NCBI GenBank assembly: GCA_013426785.1
Contig: JACDZI010000003.1
Span: 14,361 to 78,360 of the forward strand
Length of the DNA: 64,000 nt
Direction of reading: 5' to 3'
From: Rhodocyclaceae bacterium
GTDB taxonomy: Bacteria > Pseudomonadota > Gammaproteobacteria > Burkholderiales > Rhodocyclaceae
The notes below the pieces were generated by a model. The model was given only the letters and a program-made list of their open reading frames with translations. It was not told the DNA's origin and made no database searches. How positions within the stretch are numbered: position 1 is the stretch's first letter; every line of letters begins with the position of its first letter. The position numbers and the translations under genes are program-made. Positions 54,090-63,863 of this stretch are shown piece by piece.

Positions 54090-55085
54090 TTACTCCTTCG
54101 GATCGCGTTTCAGCAAATCGGCAACCTTGACTCCGACTTCGGCTTCTCCGCCAAAGCCGGTACCAGTCTTGCGCTTGCTGAAGTTGTCCAGGGCATGCTT
54201 GTAATCGGCATCGCCTAGCGGCACGTACTTGACTTCCTTGGCCAGTTTGCCACCATGCTTCAGATAGAACTCGACGAACTCCTTCACTTCGGGACGCTCG
54301 GCAGACTTGGCGCTGACGTAAATGAAGATCGGACGGGCCAGCGGCTCGTATTCGCCCGCCATCACAGCCTCCAGGGAGGGACCCACCGCCTTGCCCTTCG
54401 GATTGACGACCGGCACCGCCTTCAACTTGTCCTTGTTTTCATCGTAATAGGCAAAACCGAAGTAGCCCAGCGCACCCGTATCACGCGACACTCCCTGCAC
54501 CAGCACGTTGTCATCTTCCGAAGCGGTGAAATCGCCGCGCGAGGACTTGGCCTTGCCGACGACCGCCTCGGTAAAGTAATCAAACGTTCCCGAATCGGCT
54601 CCGGGGCCAAAGAGCTTGAGGGGTTTGTCCGGCCAGGCGGCATTGACCTGTTTCCAGGTCGTGATCTTGCCCTGAGCACCCGGCTCCCACATGGTTTTGA
54701 GTTCGGCGACCGTCATCTGCTTGATCCAGTCGTTCTTGGGGTGGATCACCACGGTCAGTGCATCGAAGGCGACCGGCAACTCGATGTACTTGATGCCAGC
54801 CTTGGCACACTCCTCCATTTCCTTCTTGAGGATCGGGCGCGAAGCATCGGAAATGTCGGTCTCGCCGCGGCAGAACTTCTTGAAGCCGCCGCCCGTTCCG
54901 GAAATCCCGACCGTCACACGTACCGTGCTCTTCTTGGCCTTCTGGAACTCCTCGGCAACGGCCTCGGTAATCGGAAACACCGTCGAAGAACCGTCGATCT
55001 TGACGGTGGCCTGCGCCAGTGCGTTACCGGCGGCAGCCATCGAAAGGGCTAGCATGGAAACCGACAACATATGACTTAACTTCAT
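54090..55085 (-). CDS. pstS: Phosphate ABC transporter substrate-binding protein
   Basis: 331 aa with signal peptide, GSSTVFP ... [12 protein letters not shown] ... DASR phosphate-binding motifs. Confidence 0.92.
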   Translation of the reverse strand: MKLSHMLSVSMLALSMAAAGNALAQATVKIDGSSTVFPITEAVAEEFQKAKKSTVRVTVGISGTGGGFKKFCRGETDISDASRPILKKEMEECAKAGIKYIELPVAFDALTVVIHPKNDWIKQMTVAELKTMWEPGAQGKITTWKQVNAAWPDKPLKLFGPGADSGTFDYFTEAVVGKAKSSRGDFTASEDDNVLVQGVSRDTGALGYFGFAYYDENKDKLKAVPVVNPKGKAVGPSLEAVMAGEYEPLARPIFIYVSAKSAERPEVKEFVEFYLKHGGKLAKEVKYVPLGDADYKHALDNFSKRKTGTGFGGEAEVGVKVADLLKRDPKE

Positions 55086-55129
55086 GAAATATCTCCTGTT
55101 TTATGAACGGGGCCTACTTAGTGCCAAGC

Positions 55130-55163
55130 AAGATAGCCGACGAATGTGACAGCCCTGTGACAG
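55130..55163 (-). promoter_or_regulatory. Pho box plus -10 element of the pstS promoter
   Basis: Minus strand: CTGTCAC-AGGG-CTGTCAC (55145-55163), two 7-nt direct repeats with 11-nt periodicity, matching the PhoB box consensus CTGTCAT-N4-CTGTCAT. TATCTT follows 10 nt downstream (55130-55135), about 45 nt before the pstS ATG. Confidence 0.8.
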
Positions 55164-55251
55164 TTGCGGATTTCTGGATCAGGGGCAACCGGCGTAACAT
55201 ATCTGTAACAATTCTGAAACATTTCATGCCGTTTCACGTAAAGGAACACCG

Positions 55252-55890
55252 ATGTTCAGCAGCCTGATGCCCCAGCGCAAGGAGTTCTTCGACCTTCTGA
55301 CTGCTCATGTCGACCGTGTGGTCGCTGCCGCCAACGCCACCCTGCGTCTGGTCAACTCCCTGGGAACGAATTCGAACGATCTGGAAGCCCTAGTCAAGGA
55401 AGTCGCCCTCAACGAAGGTAGCGGCGACAAGATCAAGGCGGACATGATCACCCTGCTCCACAAGTCCTTCATTACCCCCTTCAGCCGCGACGAAATCCAT
55501 ACCCTCACGCTGGAAATCGACAAAATCCTCGGTGCACTGCAGGATGTCGCCAACGCCGTGGGGATGTACCACATCGATGACTCCACCCCGGAATCGCGCG
55601 AACTCGCCGCCCTGGCCGCCGATGCCTGTTTGCGTTTGAACCGGGCGGTCATTACCCTCGGCGACAAAGAGCGCGCCAGCGAAGCCATCAACCTCTGCCG
55701 CGAGATCGAAACCCTCGAATCCAAGGCGGACAAGGTGTTGAAGAAGGCGATTACCCGGCTGTTCGGAGACGAAAGCCAGATGTGGAAAGCCATCCGGCTG
55801 CGCGAATTCTATTTCCTCCAGGAAAACGTACTGGACTATTGTCAGGAAGCCGCCCGCACCGTCGAAGAAATCCTCATCGAAAACTCCTGA
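55252..55890 (+). CDS. DUF47 / PhoU-like Pit accessory protein
   Basis: 212 aa helical protein (FFDLLTAHVDRVV ... SRDEIHTLTLEIDKI ...) immediately upstream of pit, the usual DUF47-PiT pairing. Confidence 0.8.
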   Translation: MFSSLMPQRKEFFDLLTAHVDRVVAAANATLRLVNSLGTNSNDLEALVKEVALNEGSGDKIKADMITLLHKSFITPFSRDEIHTLTLEIDKILGALQDVANAVGMYHIDDSTPESRELAALAADACLRLNRAVITLGDKERASEAINLCREIETLESKADKVLKKAITRLFGDESQMWKAIRLREFYFLQENVLDYCQEAARTVEEILIENS

Positions 55891-55902
55891 CGGATACAGA
55901 TC

Positions 55903-56916
55903 ATGGAAGGTTTGACCATCAGCATCTGGGTCCTGGGCATCCTGATTCTCGTCGGCCTGGCCTTCGATTTCATGAACGGCTTTCACGATGGCGCCAACTC
56001 CATCGCCACCATCGTCGCCACGGGCGTCCTGACCCCGAAGCAGGCCGTACTGTTCGCGTCCTTCTTCAACTTTGCCGCCCTCTGGGTATTCCAGCTCAAG
56101 GTTGCCGCCACCATCGGCAAGGGCACGGTCGACCCGATGTTCGTCGATCACTATGTGATCTTCGGCGCCCTCTGCGGGGCGCTGGCCTGGAACATCATCA
56201 CCTGGTACTACGGCATCCCTTCATCTTCCTCTCATGCCCTGATCGGCGGCCTGGTCGGCGCCACACTCACCAAGTCCGGCAGCATCGCCCCGATTGTCTG
56301 GAGCGGCTTTGGCAAGACCCTGCTGTTCATCATCCTGTCACCACTTTTCGGTTTCCTGATGGGCGGATTGTTGATGGTACTGGTGGCCTGGCTGTTCCGA
56401 CGAAAAACGCCGACCCAGGTCGGACGGTGGTTCAGATATACCCAACTGTTCGCTTCGGGTGCCTACAGCCTGGCCCACGGTGGCAATGACGCCCAGAAAA
56501 CCATCGGCATCATCTGGCTGCTGCTGATCACCGCTGGCGTTGCCACCACCGACGTCAGCACCCTGCCCGACTGGGTCGTCTATGCCTGCTACTTCTCGAT
56601 CGCCTGGGGCACCTATCTGGGCGGCTGGCGCATCGTCAAGACCATGGGTACGCGCATCACCAAGCTCAATACGGTCAGCGGTTCCTGCGCCTCGATGGGC
56701 GGGGCCCTCAGCCTCGGCCTCGCAACCCTCGCCGGTATTCCGGTGTCCACCACCCATACCATCACCGGCGCTATCGCCGGCGCCGGCGCCGCCCACAACA
56801 TGAAGCGCGTGCGCTGGGACATTTCGATCAACCTCGCCGTCGCCTGGGTATTGACCATCCCGGCCAGCGGGCTGATCGCCGCTGCTTTCTGGTGGCTGGG
56901 CATGGAACTCATGTAA
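55903..56916 (+). CDS. pit: Inorganic phosphate transporter, PiT family
   Basis: 337 aa (FDFMNGFHDGANSIAT ... YSLAHGGNDAQKTIG ... PVSTTHTITGAI). Confidence 0.93.
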   Translation: MEGLTISIWVLGILILVGLAFDFMNGFHDGANSIATIVATGVLTPKQAVLFASFFNFAALWVFQLKVAATIGKGTVDPMFVDHYVIFGALCGALAWNIITWYYGIPSSSSHALIGGLVGATLTKSGSIAPIVWSGFGKTLLFIILSPLFGFLMGGLLMVLVAWLFRRKTPTQVGRWFRYTQLFASGAYSLAHGGNDAQKTIGIIWLLLITAGVATTDVSTLPDWVVYACYFSIAWGTYLGGWRIVKTMGTRITKLNTVSGSCASMGGALSLGLATLAGIPVSTTHTITGAIAGAGAAHNMKRVRWDISINLAVAWVLTIPASGLIAAAFWWLGMELM

Positions 56917-56968
56917 ATCGCACCGGCTGAAATATGGATGAAACACGGGTGGGAGACCATGCCTGCCC

Positions 56969-58165
56969 ATGCGCATCCTGATGATCTCCGACGTTTACTT
57001 CCCCCGTATCAACGGCGTCTCCACTTCCATCGAGTCCTTCCGGCACACGCTGGCCGAACTGGCGATCGAGGTCGATGTCGTTGCCCCGCGCTATCCCGCC
57101 AGGCATGTCGACGATGACCGCATCACCCGCATCGATTCGCGGCAGGTTCCCTTCGATCCGGAAGATCGACTGATGCACTCAGGGGCACTCGGACGGGCAC
57201 TTGAGGCTCTGGCCGACCGCCGCCACGATCTGGTCCATATCCAGACGCCTTTCGCCGCCCATTACGCCGGCCTGCGCCATGCCCGCCGCCACCACCTGCC
57301 CTGCGTCGCCACCTATCACACCCATTTCGAGGAATACCTGCACAACTACGTGCCAGCCGTACCCAAAAGTCTGATGCGCGCACTGGCGAGAAAACTCGCC
57401 CGCCACCAGTGCAACGAGCTCGATGCGGTGATCGTGCCATCGATCGCCATGCAGGACACGCTCACCAGTTATGGCATCACCGTGCCGCTCCATCGCGTTC
57501 CCACCGGCATCCCGACCGCCCATTTTCGCCGTCCCGCCAGCGCCGACTTTCGCCAGCGCCACGCCATTCCGGCCGACAGTCCGGTGGCACTGTTCGTTGG
57601 CCGCACCGCGCATGAAAAAAACATCGGTTTCCTGCTCGAAGCCCTGCCGCATGCCCTGCGCCTGTCACCCGAACTGCTGTTGGTCATCGCCGGTGAGGGG
57701 CCGGCGCTGGCCGATCTGAAAAAACAGGCCACCGCGCTGGGCATTGCCGACCGGGTACGCTTCGTCGGCTACCTCGACCGCAACCGGGAACTCCCCGATT
57801 GCTACGCTGCCGCCGACCTGTTCGCCTTTTCGTCCCGCACCGAAACCCAGGGACTGGTGCTGCTCGAAGCGATGGCGGCTGGCCTGCCGGTACTGGCCTT
57901 CTCGGCACTGGGCACGCGCGATATCGTTGAACCCAGGCGTGGCGCCCTGCCCGCCCCCGAAAATGTTCATGGCTTCGGCACCGCCATGGCCACCCTTGCC
58001 AACGATTCAAAACTGAGAGCCCGCATGACCACAGAGGCACAGGCTTTCGCCGAGGAATGGACGACGAGCGCCTGCGCCACAAGGCTGGCCGGGTTCTATG
58101 GCGACATCACCCGGGCCGTCCAAAAAATCGATTTATTCACGCCGGCCTCCGTCACACACTCTTAA
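56969..58165 (+). CDS. Glycosyltransferase family 4 (Agt-like candidate glycolipid synthase)
   Basis: MRILMISDVYFPRINGVSTS ... GT4 N-terminus. EX7E-type C-terminal region (RTETQGLVLLEAMAAGLPV). Confidence 0.8.
   Translation: MRILMISDVYFPRINGVSTSIESFRHTLAELAIEVDVVAPRYPARHVDDDRITRIDSRQVPFDPEDRLMHSGALGRALEALADRRHDLVHIQTPFAAHYAGLRHARRHHLPCVATYHTHFEEYLHNYVPAVPKSLMRALARKLARHQCNELDAVIVPSIAMQDTLTSYGITVPLHRVPTGIPTAHFRRPASADFRQRHAIPADSPVALFVGRTAHEKNIGFLLEALPHALRLSPELLLVIAGEGPALADLKKQATALGIADRVRFVGYLDRNRELPDCYAAADLFAFSSRTETQGLVLLEAMAAGLPVLAFSALGTRDIVEPRRGALPAPENVHGFGTAMATLANDSKLRARMTTEAQAFAEEWTTSACATRLAGFYGDITRAVQKIDLFTPASVTHS
57531..57551 (+). repeat. Motif copy 17
   Basis: gtcccgccagcgccgactttc, 1 mismatch, preceded by cgcc. 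Inside the first GT4 gene, sense, read as PASADF. Confidence 0.9.
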
Positions 58166-58211
58166 CCAAAGCGTCACAAGGGCGTAGTCACACGGCGGCA
58201 TGATGGTCACC

Positions 58212-58979
58212 ATGAAAGTCCGCAGCCTATTCCTGTCGGATATCCACCTCGGCACCCGCGGTTGCCAGGCCGAGAGCTTGATCGCCTTTCTGCGCGAATA
58301 CGAAGCCGATCACCTGTTCCTGCTGGGCGACATCATCGACTTCTGGTCGATGAGCCGCGGCATTCACTGGACCGCCGCCCAGAACACCGTGGTACAGAAA
58401 GTTCTCCGGCGCGCCCGGCACGGCGAGCAGGTGATGCTGATCCCCGGCAACCATGACGAAGCCCTGCGCGAATACATTGGGGCCTCCTTCGGCGACATCC
58501 GCATCTCCGCGGAACACATCCATACCACCGCCGACGGTCGCCGCCTGCTGCTGATGCATGGCGACGAATTCGACCAGGTGACGCGCCATCACCGCTGGAT
58601 CGCCGTGCTTGGCGATATCGGCTACAACCTGCTGGTCAGGCTGAATACCGCCATTTCCTGGCTACGCCGCTCCCTGCGGATCTCCGGCTACTGGTCGCTT
58701 GCCGGCTACGCCAAGCGCCGCGTCAAGCGCGCCGTTTCGTTCATCTTCGATTTCGAGGATGTGGTCATCCGCACCGTGCGCGAACGCGGACTGGACGGCA
58801 TCGTCTGCGGCCATATCCACAGCGCCGCGCTGCGCGAGACCGATGGGGTGCTCTATATCAATTGTGGCGACTGGGTGGATAGCTGCACCGGCATTGTCGA
58901 ACACCCCGACGGTCGGCTCGAACTGGTCGAATGGCGTCAGGCCGGCGCCCGGGTGCTGACGCTGCGGGCGGCGGCCTGA
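58212..58979 (+). CDS. LpxH-like metallophosphoesterase (PlcP-like phospholipase C candidate)
   Basis: FLSDIHLG, LLGDIIDFW, GNHDE, MHGDEFD, CGHIH metallophosphoesterase motifs. Flanked by two GT4 genes. Confidence 0.75.
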   Translation: MKVRSLFLSDIHLGTRGCQAESLIAFLREYEADHLFLLGDIIDFWSMSRGIHWTAAQNTVVQKVLRRARHGEQVMLIPGNHDEALREYIGASFGDIRISAEHIHTTADGRRLLLMHGDEFDQVTRHHRWIAVLGDIGYNLLVRLNTAISWLRRSLRISGYWSLAGYAKRRVKRAVSFIFDFEDVVIRTVRERGLDGIVCGHIHSAALRETDGVLYINCGDWVDSCTGIVEHPDGRLELVEWRQAGARVLTLRAAA

Positions 58980-58981
58980 CG

Positions 58982-60142
58982 ATGGCGCGTCCGCTAAACA
59001 TCGCGCTGGTCACCGAGACCTACCTGCCGGAAGTCAACGGGGTAGCCATGACGCTCGGCCACCTGACGCAAGGCCTGGCCGCTCGCGGCCATCACGTCGC
59101 GGTCGTGCGCCCCCGCCAGCACAGCGAAGCTGGCGGCTGGCAGGTCAACGGACTATTGCTGACGCCCGGCATTCCCCTGCCCGGCTACCCCGAACTGCGC
59201 TTTGGCCTGCCAGCCGGCAGGCGCCTGCGCCGCTCGTGGACGGCTAATCCACCCGACATCGTGCATATCGCCACCGAGGGACCGCTCGGTTTGTCCGCCC
59301 TTGCCGTCGCCCGTACGCTGGACATCCCGGTCATATCCACCTTCCACACCAACTTCCACAGCTACAGCCGGCATTACCGGCTCGGCTGGCTGTCCGGCAC
59401 CATCGCCGGCTATCTGCGCTGGTTCCACAACCGCACCCTCGCCACCCTAGTACCGACCGCGGCACTGGCCGGGAAGCTGCGAGAGGGCGGCTTTCGCAAT
59501 GTCGATGTTCTGGCGCGCGGCGTCGATACCCGGCTGTTCCATCCGGCGCGGCGCTGCAACGCCTTGCGGGCCAGTTGGGGGGCCGGCGAACGCGACCGCG
59601 TGATCCTGGTGGTGGGCCGCGTTGCTGCGGAAAAAAACCTCGGACTGGCCTTGCGCGCCTTCGCCGCGATCCGGCAAGTCCAGCCGAGAGCCCGCATGGT
59701 TTGCGTCGGCGACGGTCCACTGCGCCACGCACTGGCACGCCGGCATCCCGAGTGCTGCTTCGTTGGCAACCGTCATGGCGAAGAACTGGCGCGCCATTAC
59801 GCCAGCGCCGACCTGTTCCTGTTTCCCAGTCTGACCGACACCTTCGGCAATGTGGTCAGCGAGGCGCTTGCCAGCGGTGTGGCGGTGGTCGGCTTCGACG
59901 ATGCGGCCACAGCCTGCCTGGTTGACGACCACAGCAACGGCCGGCGCGTACCACCTGGCGACGAAGCGGCATTCATCGCCACCGCCCTCGCACTCGCCGC
60001 CTGCCCCGGCCAGCCTGCTGCGGCTGCGGCCAGCGTCGCCCACTTCGACTGGTCGCAGGTCTGCCGGCGCCATGAGGCCCTGCTGATGCAGGCGATCGAA
60101 CAGCACCAGCGACGCAGCCGGCTCCACTACATCCTCGAATGA
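58982..60142 (+). CDS. Glycosyltransferase family 4
   Basis: MARPLNIALVTETYLPEVNGVAMTL ... FPSLTDTFGNVVSEALASGVAVV. The ATG lies 2 nt after the preceding stop. Confidence 0.8.
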   Translation: MARPLNIALVTETYLPEVNGVAMTLGHLTQGLAARGHHVAVVRPRQHSEAGGWQVNGLLLTPGIPLPGYPELRFGLPAGRRLRRSWTANPPDIVHIATEGPLGLSALAVARTLDIPVISTFHTNFHSYSRHYRLGWLSGTIAGYLRWFHNRTLATLVPTAALAGKLREGGFRNVDVLARGVDTRLFHPARRCNALRASWGAGERDRVILVVGRVAAEKNLGLALRAFAAIRQVQPRARMVCVGDGPLRHALARRHPECCFVGNRHGEELARHYASADLFLFPSLTDTFGNVVSEALASGVAVVGFDDAATACLVDDHSNGRRVPPGDEAAFIATALALAACPGQPAAAAASVAHFDWSQVCRRHEALLMQAIEQHQRRSRLHYILE

Positions 60143-60210
60143 AGCCTTGCCGTCATCGGATTGTCATCCCCGCTGGCTAGGATGCGTGCCTCGCTAAGCT
60201 ATCGAGCATC

Positions 60211-61409
60211 ATGACACTCCATACGCTCCAGCCTCGTCAGTGTCCGCCCGTCCCGTCCACATGCTTCGCCGCGGAAGCCGGATACGATCCAGCGTCATTC
60301 GCCACGCCGAGCCATGCGACCCTGGAGCGCCTGCGCCTGTCTGCCACCAGCATCGATGACAAGGCGATGGACCACTGGCTGACGCAGGACAACCTGCGGG
60401 ACTTCTTCGACCTGTTCATCTAGCGCCGCCTTTCCGCCATCTTCCAGCCGATCCTCGACCTGCGCTCGCAATGCTTTCTCGGCTACGAGGGACTGATCCG
60501 CGGACCTTCCGGCATAGCGCTGCAGGTGCCGGCAGTCCTGTTCGGCCTGGCCCAGGAATCCGGGTTGACGCTCGAGTTCGAGCGCCTGTGTCGGGAAATC
60601 ACCCTGGAGCAATTTGCCAGCCTGACTGTGCAGGGCCGGCTGTTCCTCAACGTCAGCGCCACCTGCCTGGCCAACCCGCGCTTTATCAATGGCGACACGG
60701 CCAGGCTGCTACAGACGCTGCGCCTGCGTCCCGGCCAGATCGTCATCGATATCACCGAGAACCAGAAGGTCAGCGACTTCGCCGTCCTGCGCGAAATCCT
60801 CACCTGCTATTGCGATCGTGGCTACCAGTTCACCATCGACGATCTCGGCGAAGGCTTTTCCAACCTGCGCATATGTGGTCGGAGGTCCGGCCGGAGTTCG
60901 TCAAGATCGACCAGCATTTCATCCGCCGCATCGCCGACGATCCGCTCAAGTTCCGCCTGGTCGAAGCCATACGCGATCTCGGCATCCACTGCGGCCAGGG
61001 ATTCCTGATCGCTCGGCCCATTTCTGTCCCGCCAACCCGCCCCAGCGCAGAAATCGTCAATCTCCTGAGTTGCAGCGGCATCATCATTTCTCCGCGCAAT
61101 AACCACCATACTGGTGCCAGCGCTCGCCAATTGCTTCAGATCGTCGATCCGGTTCTGCCGACCATGCTCAACGAGCATGTGTTCGATCGCTTCGAACTGC
61201 AATCCCCTGACGCAATTACCCGGTATCACGCCGAAGATCGCTGCGGTAATCAGATACTCCATCCGCTACCGTGCCTGTCCATTGGCGCCCTGGTCGTCGA
61301 TCCGGAACAATTCCATAGCCACCACGAGATGGCGGGCGCCATGGGTAACGCCAAGAAGGAAGCCAAGAAGATTCTAGGCAGTGCGCTGTTCGTCGAACGG
61401 CGCAGCTAA
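60211..61409 (+). pseudogene. Decayed EAL(-CBS-GGDEF)-type c-di-GMP signalling gene
   Basis: An in-frame TAG at 60421-60423 sits directly before the EAL start (FQPILDL ... GYEGLIRG). A +2 frameshift occurs at the TGTG run at 60874-60877 (FTIDDLGEGFSNLR | WSEVRPEFVKIDQHF). The EAL C-terminal segment is missing (EAIRDL | GIHCGQGFLIARP). A CBS-like start is joined to only the last ~40 aa of a GGDEF domain (LSIGA ... AKKEAKK). Confidence 0.7.
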
Positions 61410-61429
61410 GGCATGCCCAAAAACTGCAA

Positions 61430-62272
61430 TTAGGCCCAGCGAATCGCAACCGCGCCGAGCACCACGAGCGTGGCACCGGCAATGCGCCAGCGGCCCATGT
61501 GCTCCTTAAGCAGCCAGACACCGAGAATCGCAGCAAAGATCACCGAGGTTTCACGCAGGGCGGCAACGGCCGGAATCGGGGCGACCGTCATCGCCCACAA
61601 CACGATGCCGTAGGACCCCATAGTCAGCACCGAACCGAGCAGCGAGAACAGCCAGCGGCGGCGCAGATGAATCAGTGCTGATCGTCCCCGTCGCCAGACG
61701 GCAACCCCGAGTACCAGCCAGGCATTGAGGAAGAACAGCCACATGGTATAGGCAACGGCATGGCCGGAATGCCGGGCGCCGATGCCATCGATGATGGTGT
61801 AGAGCGCAATTACCCCGGCGGTTGCAAAGCCGTAGACCAGCCCAGCCTTGGTCACCCTGCCACGCCGGATGCCAACCCAGACCGGCAGGGCGATGCCGGT
61901 CGCCACCAGCACGATACCCAGCCAGAGGCCCGGCGTCAGCGCATCCCCCGCCAGCGGCGCGGCAAGCCCCACCAGCACCGGCGCGCTGCCGCGCATCAGC
62001 GGATAAGCCAGCGACAAATCGGCATGCTGATAGGCGCGCATCAGTAGTAGATAATAGGCGACGTGGATAAACACGGTGCATGACAGCCAGGGCCAGCTGG
62101 CTGCTGCCGGCAATGACAGCCACGGCAAGGCAAAGACGGCCACAATGGCTCCGGCTACGGCCAGTCCGGTGTAATCGAGGAAACGGTCGGCGCTAGCCTT
62201 GACAATATAATTCCAGCCGGCGTGCATCAATGCCGAAAGGAGTACCAACAGTGCAACCGGCGTGGAGATCAC
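61430..62272 (-). CDS. EamA/DMT-family transporter
   Basis: 280 aa, ~10 TM segments, N-terminus LLSALMHAGWNYIVK typical of EamA proteins. Confidence 0.75.
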   Translation of the reverse strand: MISTPVALLVLLSALMHAGWNYIVKASADRFLDYTGLAVAGAIVAVFALPWLSLPAAASWPWLSCTVFIHVAYYLLLMRAYQHADLSLAYPLMRGSAPVLVGLAAPLAGDALTPGLWLGIVLVATGIALPVWVGIRRGRVTKAGLVYGFATAGVIALYTIIDGIGARHSGHAVAYTMWLFFLNAWLVLGVAVWRRGRSALIHLRRRWLFSLLGSVLTMGSYGIVLWAMTVAPIPAVAALRETSVIFAAILGVWLLKEHMGRWRIAGATLVVLGAVAIRWA

Positions 62273-63705
62273 GCCGTGGCGGGCCAGGGCAAAGAGTAGG
62301 TCTTGAGGTTGGTAAAGCTCTTCATAGCCTCGAGCACGCCCTCCTTGTAGCCGAGGCCGGAATCCTTGATGCCGCCGAAAGGCGTCAGTTCCAGACGGTA
62401 ACCCGGTACCTCGCGAATATTCACGCTGCCGACCTGCAATTCATTGACGCAGCGGGTGATGACATCGAGGCGGTTGGTGCATAACCCGGACGACAGGCCG
62501 AAGGCCGTGGCATTGACGATGGCAATGGCCTGGTCAAGAGTTTCGAATCGGATCACCGGCGAAACGGGTCCGAAAGTTTCCTCCTTCACCACGGTCATCT
62601 CCGGGCGAACGTGGTCGAGCACGGTCGGTGCATAGAGCGCACCGAGTCGCTCGTTGCCCAGCAACAGTTGTGCGCCCTGCTTCACGGCTTCTTTGACGCG
62701 TGATTCGAACAGCTTTGCGGCTGCCTCGTCGATTACCGTACCCATGTCCACGGTTTCCTCAATGGGATTGCCGTACTGCCAGCGCCGACTTTTTTCGAGC
62801 AGCAGTTCGACGAAGCGATCCGCCACGCTTTCCTGGACGATCATGCGCTTGACGGCGGTACAGCGCTGGCCTGAGTTCTTGTAGGAACCGGCGACGGCAA
62901 GATTGGTCGCCTCGTCCAGATCGGCGTCGTCCATGACAATCAGCGGGTCGTTGCCACCGAGTTCCAGCACGGTGCGGCGGTAACCGATTTTGCCAGCGAT
63001 ATATTTGCCAATCGGCGCACCCCCGGTGAAGGTCACCAGATCGATATGGGGGTTAGTCAGCAACTCGTCGGCGATCTCGGCGGGATCGCCGGTGACGACC
63101 TGGAACATCGGCGGCGGCAAGCCGGCCTCGTAGAGGATGTCGGCCAGTAACAGCGCGGAAAACGGCACCTTCTCGGAAGGCTTCAGCACCATGCGGTTGT
63201 TGGTGGCGATGGCCGGCACGACCTTGTGCGCTACCTGGTTCATCGGATGGTTGAACGGGGTGATGGCGGAAATCACGCCCAACAGCGGGTCGCGCTGGGT
63301 ATAGACCCGCCGCGCCCGGCCGTGCGGCGTGATGTCGCAACTGAAGATCTGGCCATCGTCGTCCAGTGCGGCGTTGGCACCAAAGACCAGCACGTCGCGC
63401 ACACGACCGGCTTCGTAGCGGCTGTCCTTCTTGCACAGGCCGGCCTCGGCGGTGATCAGGTCGCTGATTTTCTCGGTGCGCGCCACCACGATGTCGGCGG
63501 CCCGCCGCAGGATCTCGTAGCGCTGGTAACGCGTCAGGGTCGGCTTGTAGGCATGGGCAAGCGCGAAGGCACGGCGCACATCCTCGACGCTTGCCTTGGG
63601 TACCGTGCCGATGCAACCCTCCGTGTAGGGATTGAAAACCTCGATCACTCGTTCGCGGTGTAGCAGTTCGCCGCCGATGCGCAAGGATTCCTGGCGGAAA
63701 TTCAT
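62269..63705 (-). CDS. Aldehyde dehydrogenase family protein (phosphonoacetaldehyde dehydrogenase PhnY-like?)
   Basis: 478 aa ALDH ([14 protein letters not shown] catalytic Cys, EETFGP). The PhnY suggestion rests on the remembered C-terminal pattern and the divergent PhnC-like ABC gene. Confidence 0.8.
   Translation of the reverse strand: MNFRQESLRIGGELLHRERVIEVFNPYTEGCIGTVPKASVEDVRRAFALAHAYKPTLTRYQRYEILRRAADIVVARTEKISDLITAEAGLCKKDSRYEAGRVRDVLVFGANAALDDDGQIFSCDITPHGRARRVYTQRDPLLGVISAITPFNHPMNQVAHKVVPAIATNNRMVLKPSEKVPFSALLLADILYEAGLPPPMFQVVTGDPAEIADELLTNPHIDLVTFTGGAPIGKYIAGKIGYRRTVLELGGNDPLIVMDDADLDEATNLAVAGSYKNSGQRCTAVKRMIVQESVADRFVELLLEKSRRWQYGNPIEETVDMGTVIDEAAAKLFESRVKEAVKQGAQLLLGNERLGALYAPTVLDHVRPEMTVVKEETFGPVSPVIRFETLDQAIAIVNATAFGLSSGLCTNRLDVITRCVNELQVGSVNIREVPGYRLELTPFGGIKDSGLGYKEGVLEAMKSFTNLKTYSLPWPATA
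62773..62793 (+). repeat. Motif copy 18
   Basis: gtactgccagcgccgactttt, 2 mismatches, preceded by tgcc. Inside the aldehyde dehydrogenase gene, antisense, read as KSRRWQ. Confidence 0.8.
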
Positions 63706-63863
63706 GGTGTGACTCCTGCAGAGGGTGGGTCGGATCGGGGTGGTGCGGCCATGTTCACATTTCCTTCATCGCACCGAAATATTTGCAGCCAAGAATGCGC
63801 TGCAGCCGGCAGGATTGTGCCGACCCAATATTTCAACTTCATGTAAGCAGGAACCACCCGACG

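Noticed and set aside
55203-55220. A second Pho-box-like direct repeat, CTGTAAC-AATT-CTGAAAC, oriented toward the DUF47-pit operon.
   Set aside because: It is weaker than the pstS box and lies only ~32 nt from the ATG. That leaves almost no room for a -10 element, a transcription start and the AAGGA ribosome-binding site. It may be an auxiliary PhoB site but cannot be supported as a promoter.
57531-57570. Apparent partial tandem duplication at motif copy 17 (cgccagcgcc gacttt cgccagcgcc).
   Set aside because: It is a single 10-nt GC-rich repeat seen at only one copy, with no consistent pattern elsewhere.
63753-63770. GTTCACA-TTTC-CTTCATC, with 11-nt periodicity, in the ALDH / ABC divergent region. 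Possibly a Pho box.
   Set aside because: Only the TCA cores match the consensus, which is too degenerate to call without a scoring matrix or experimental data.
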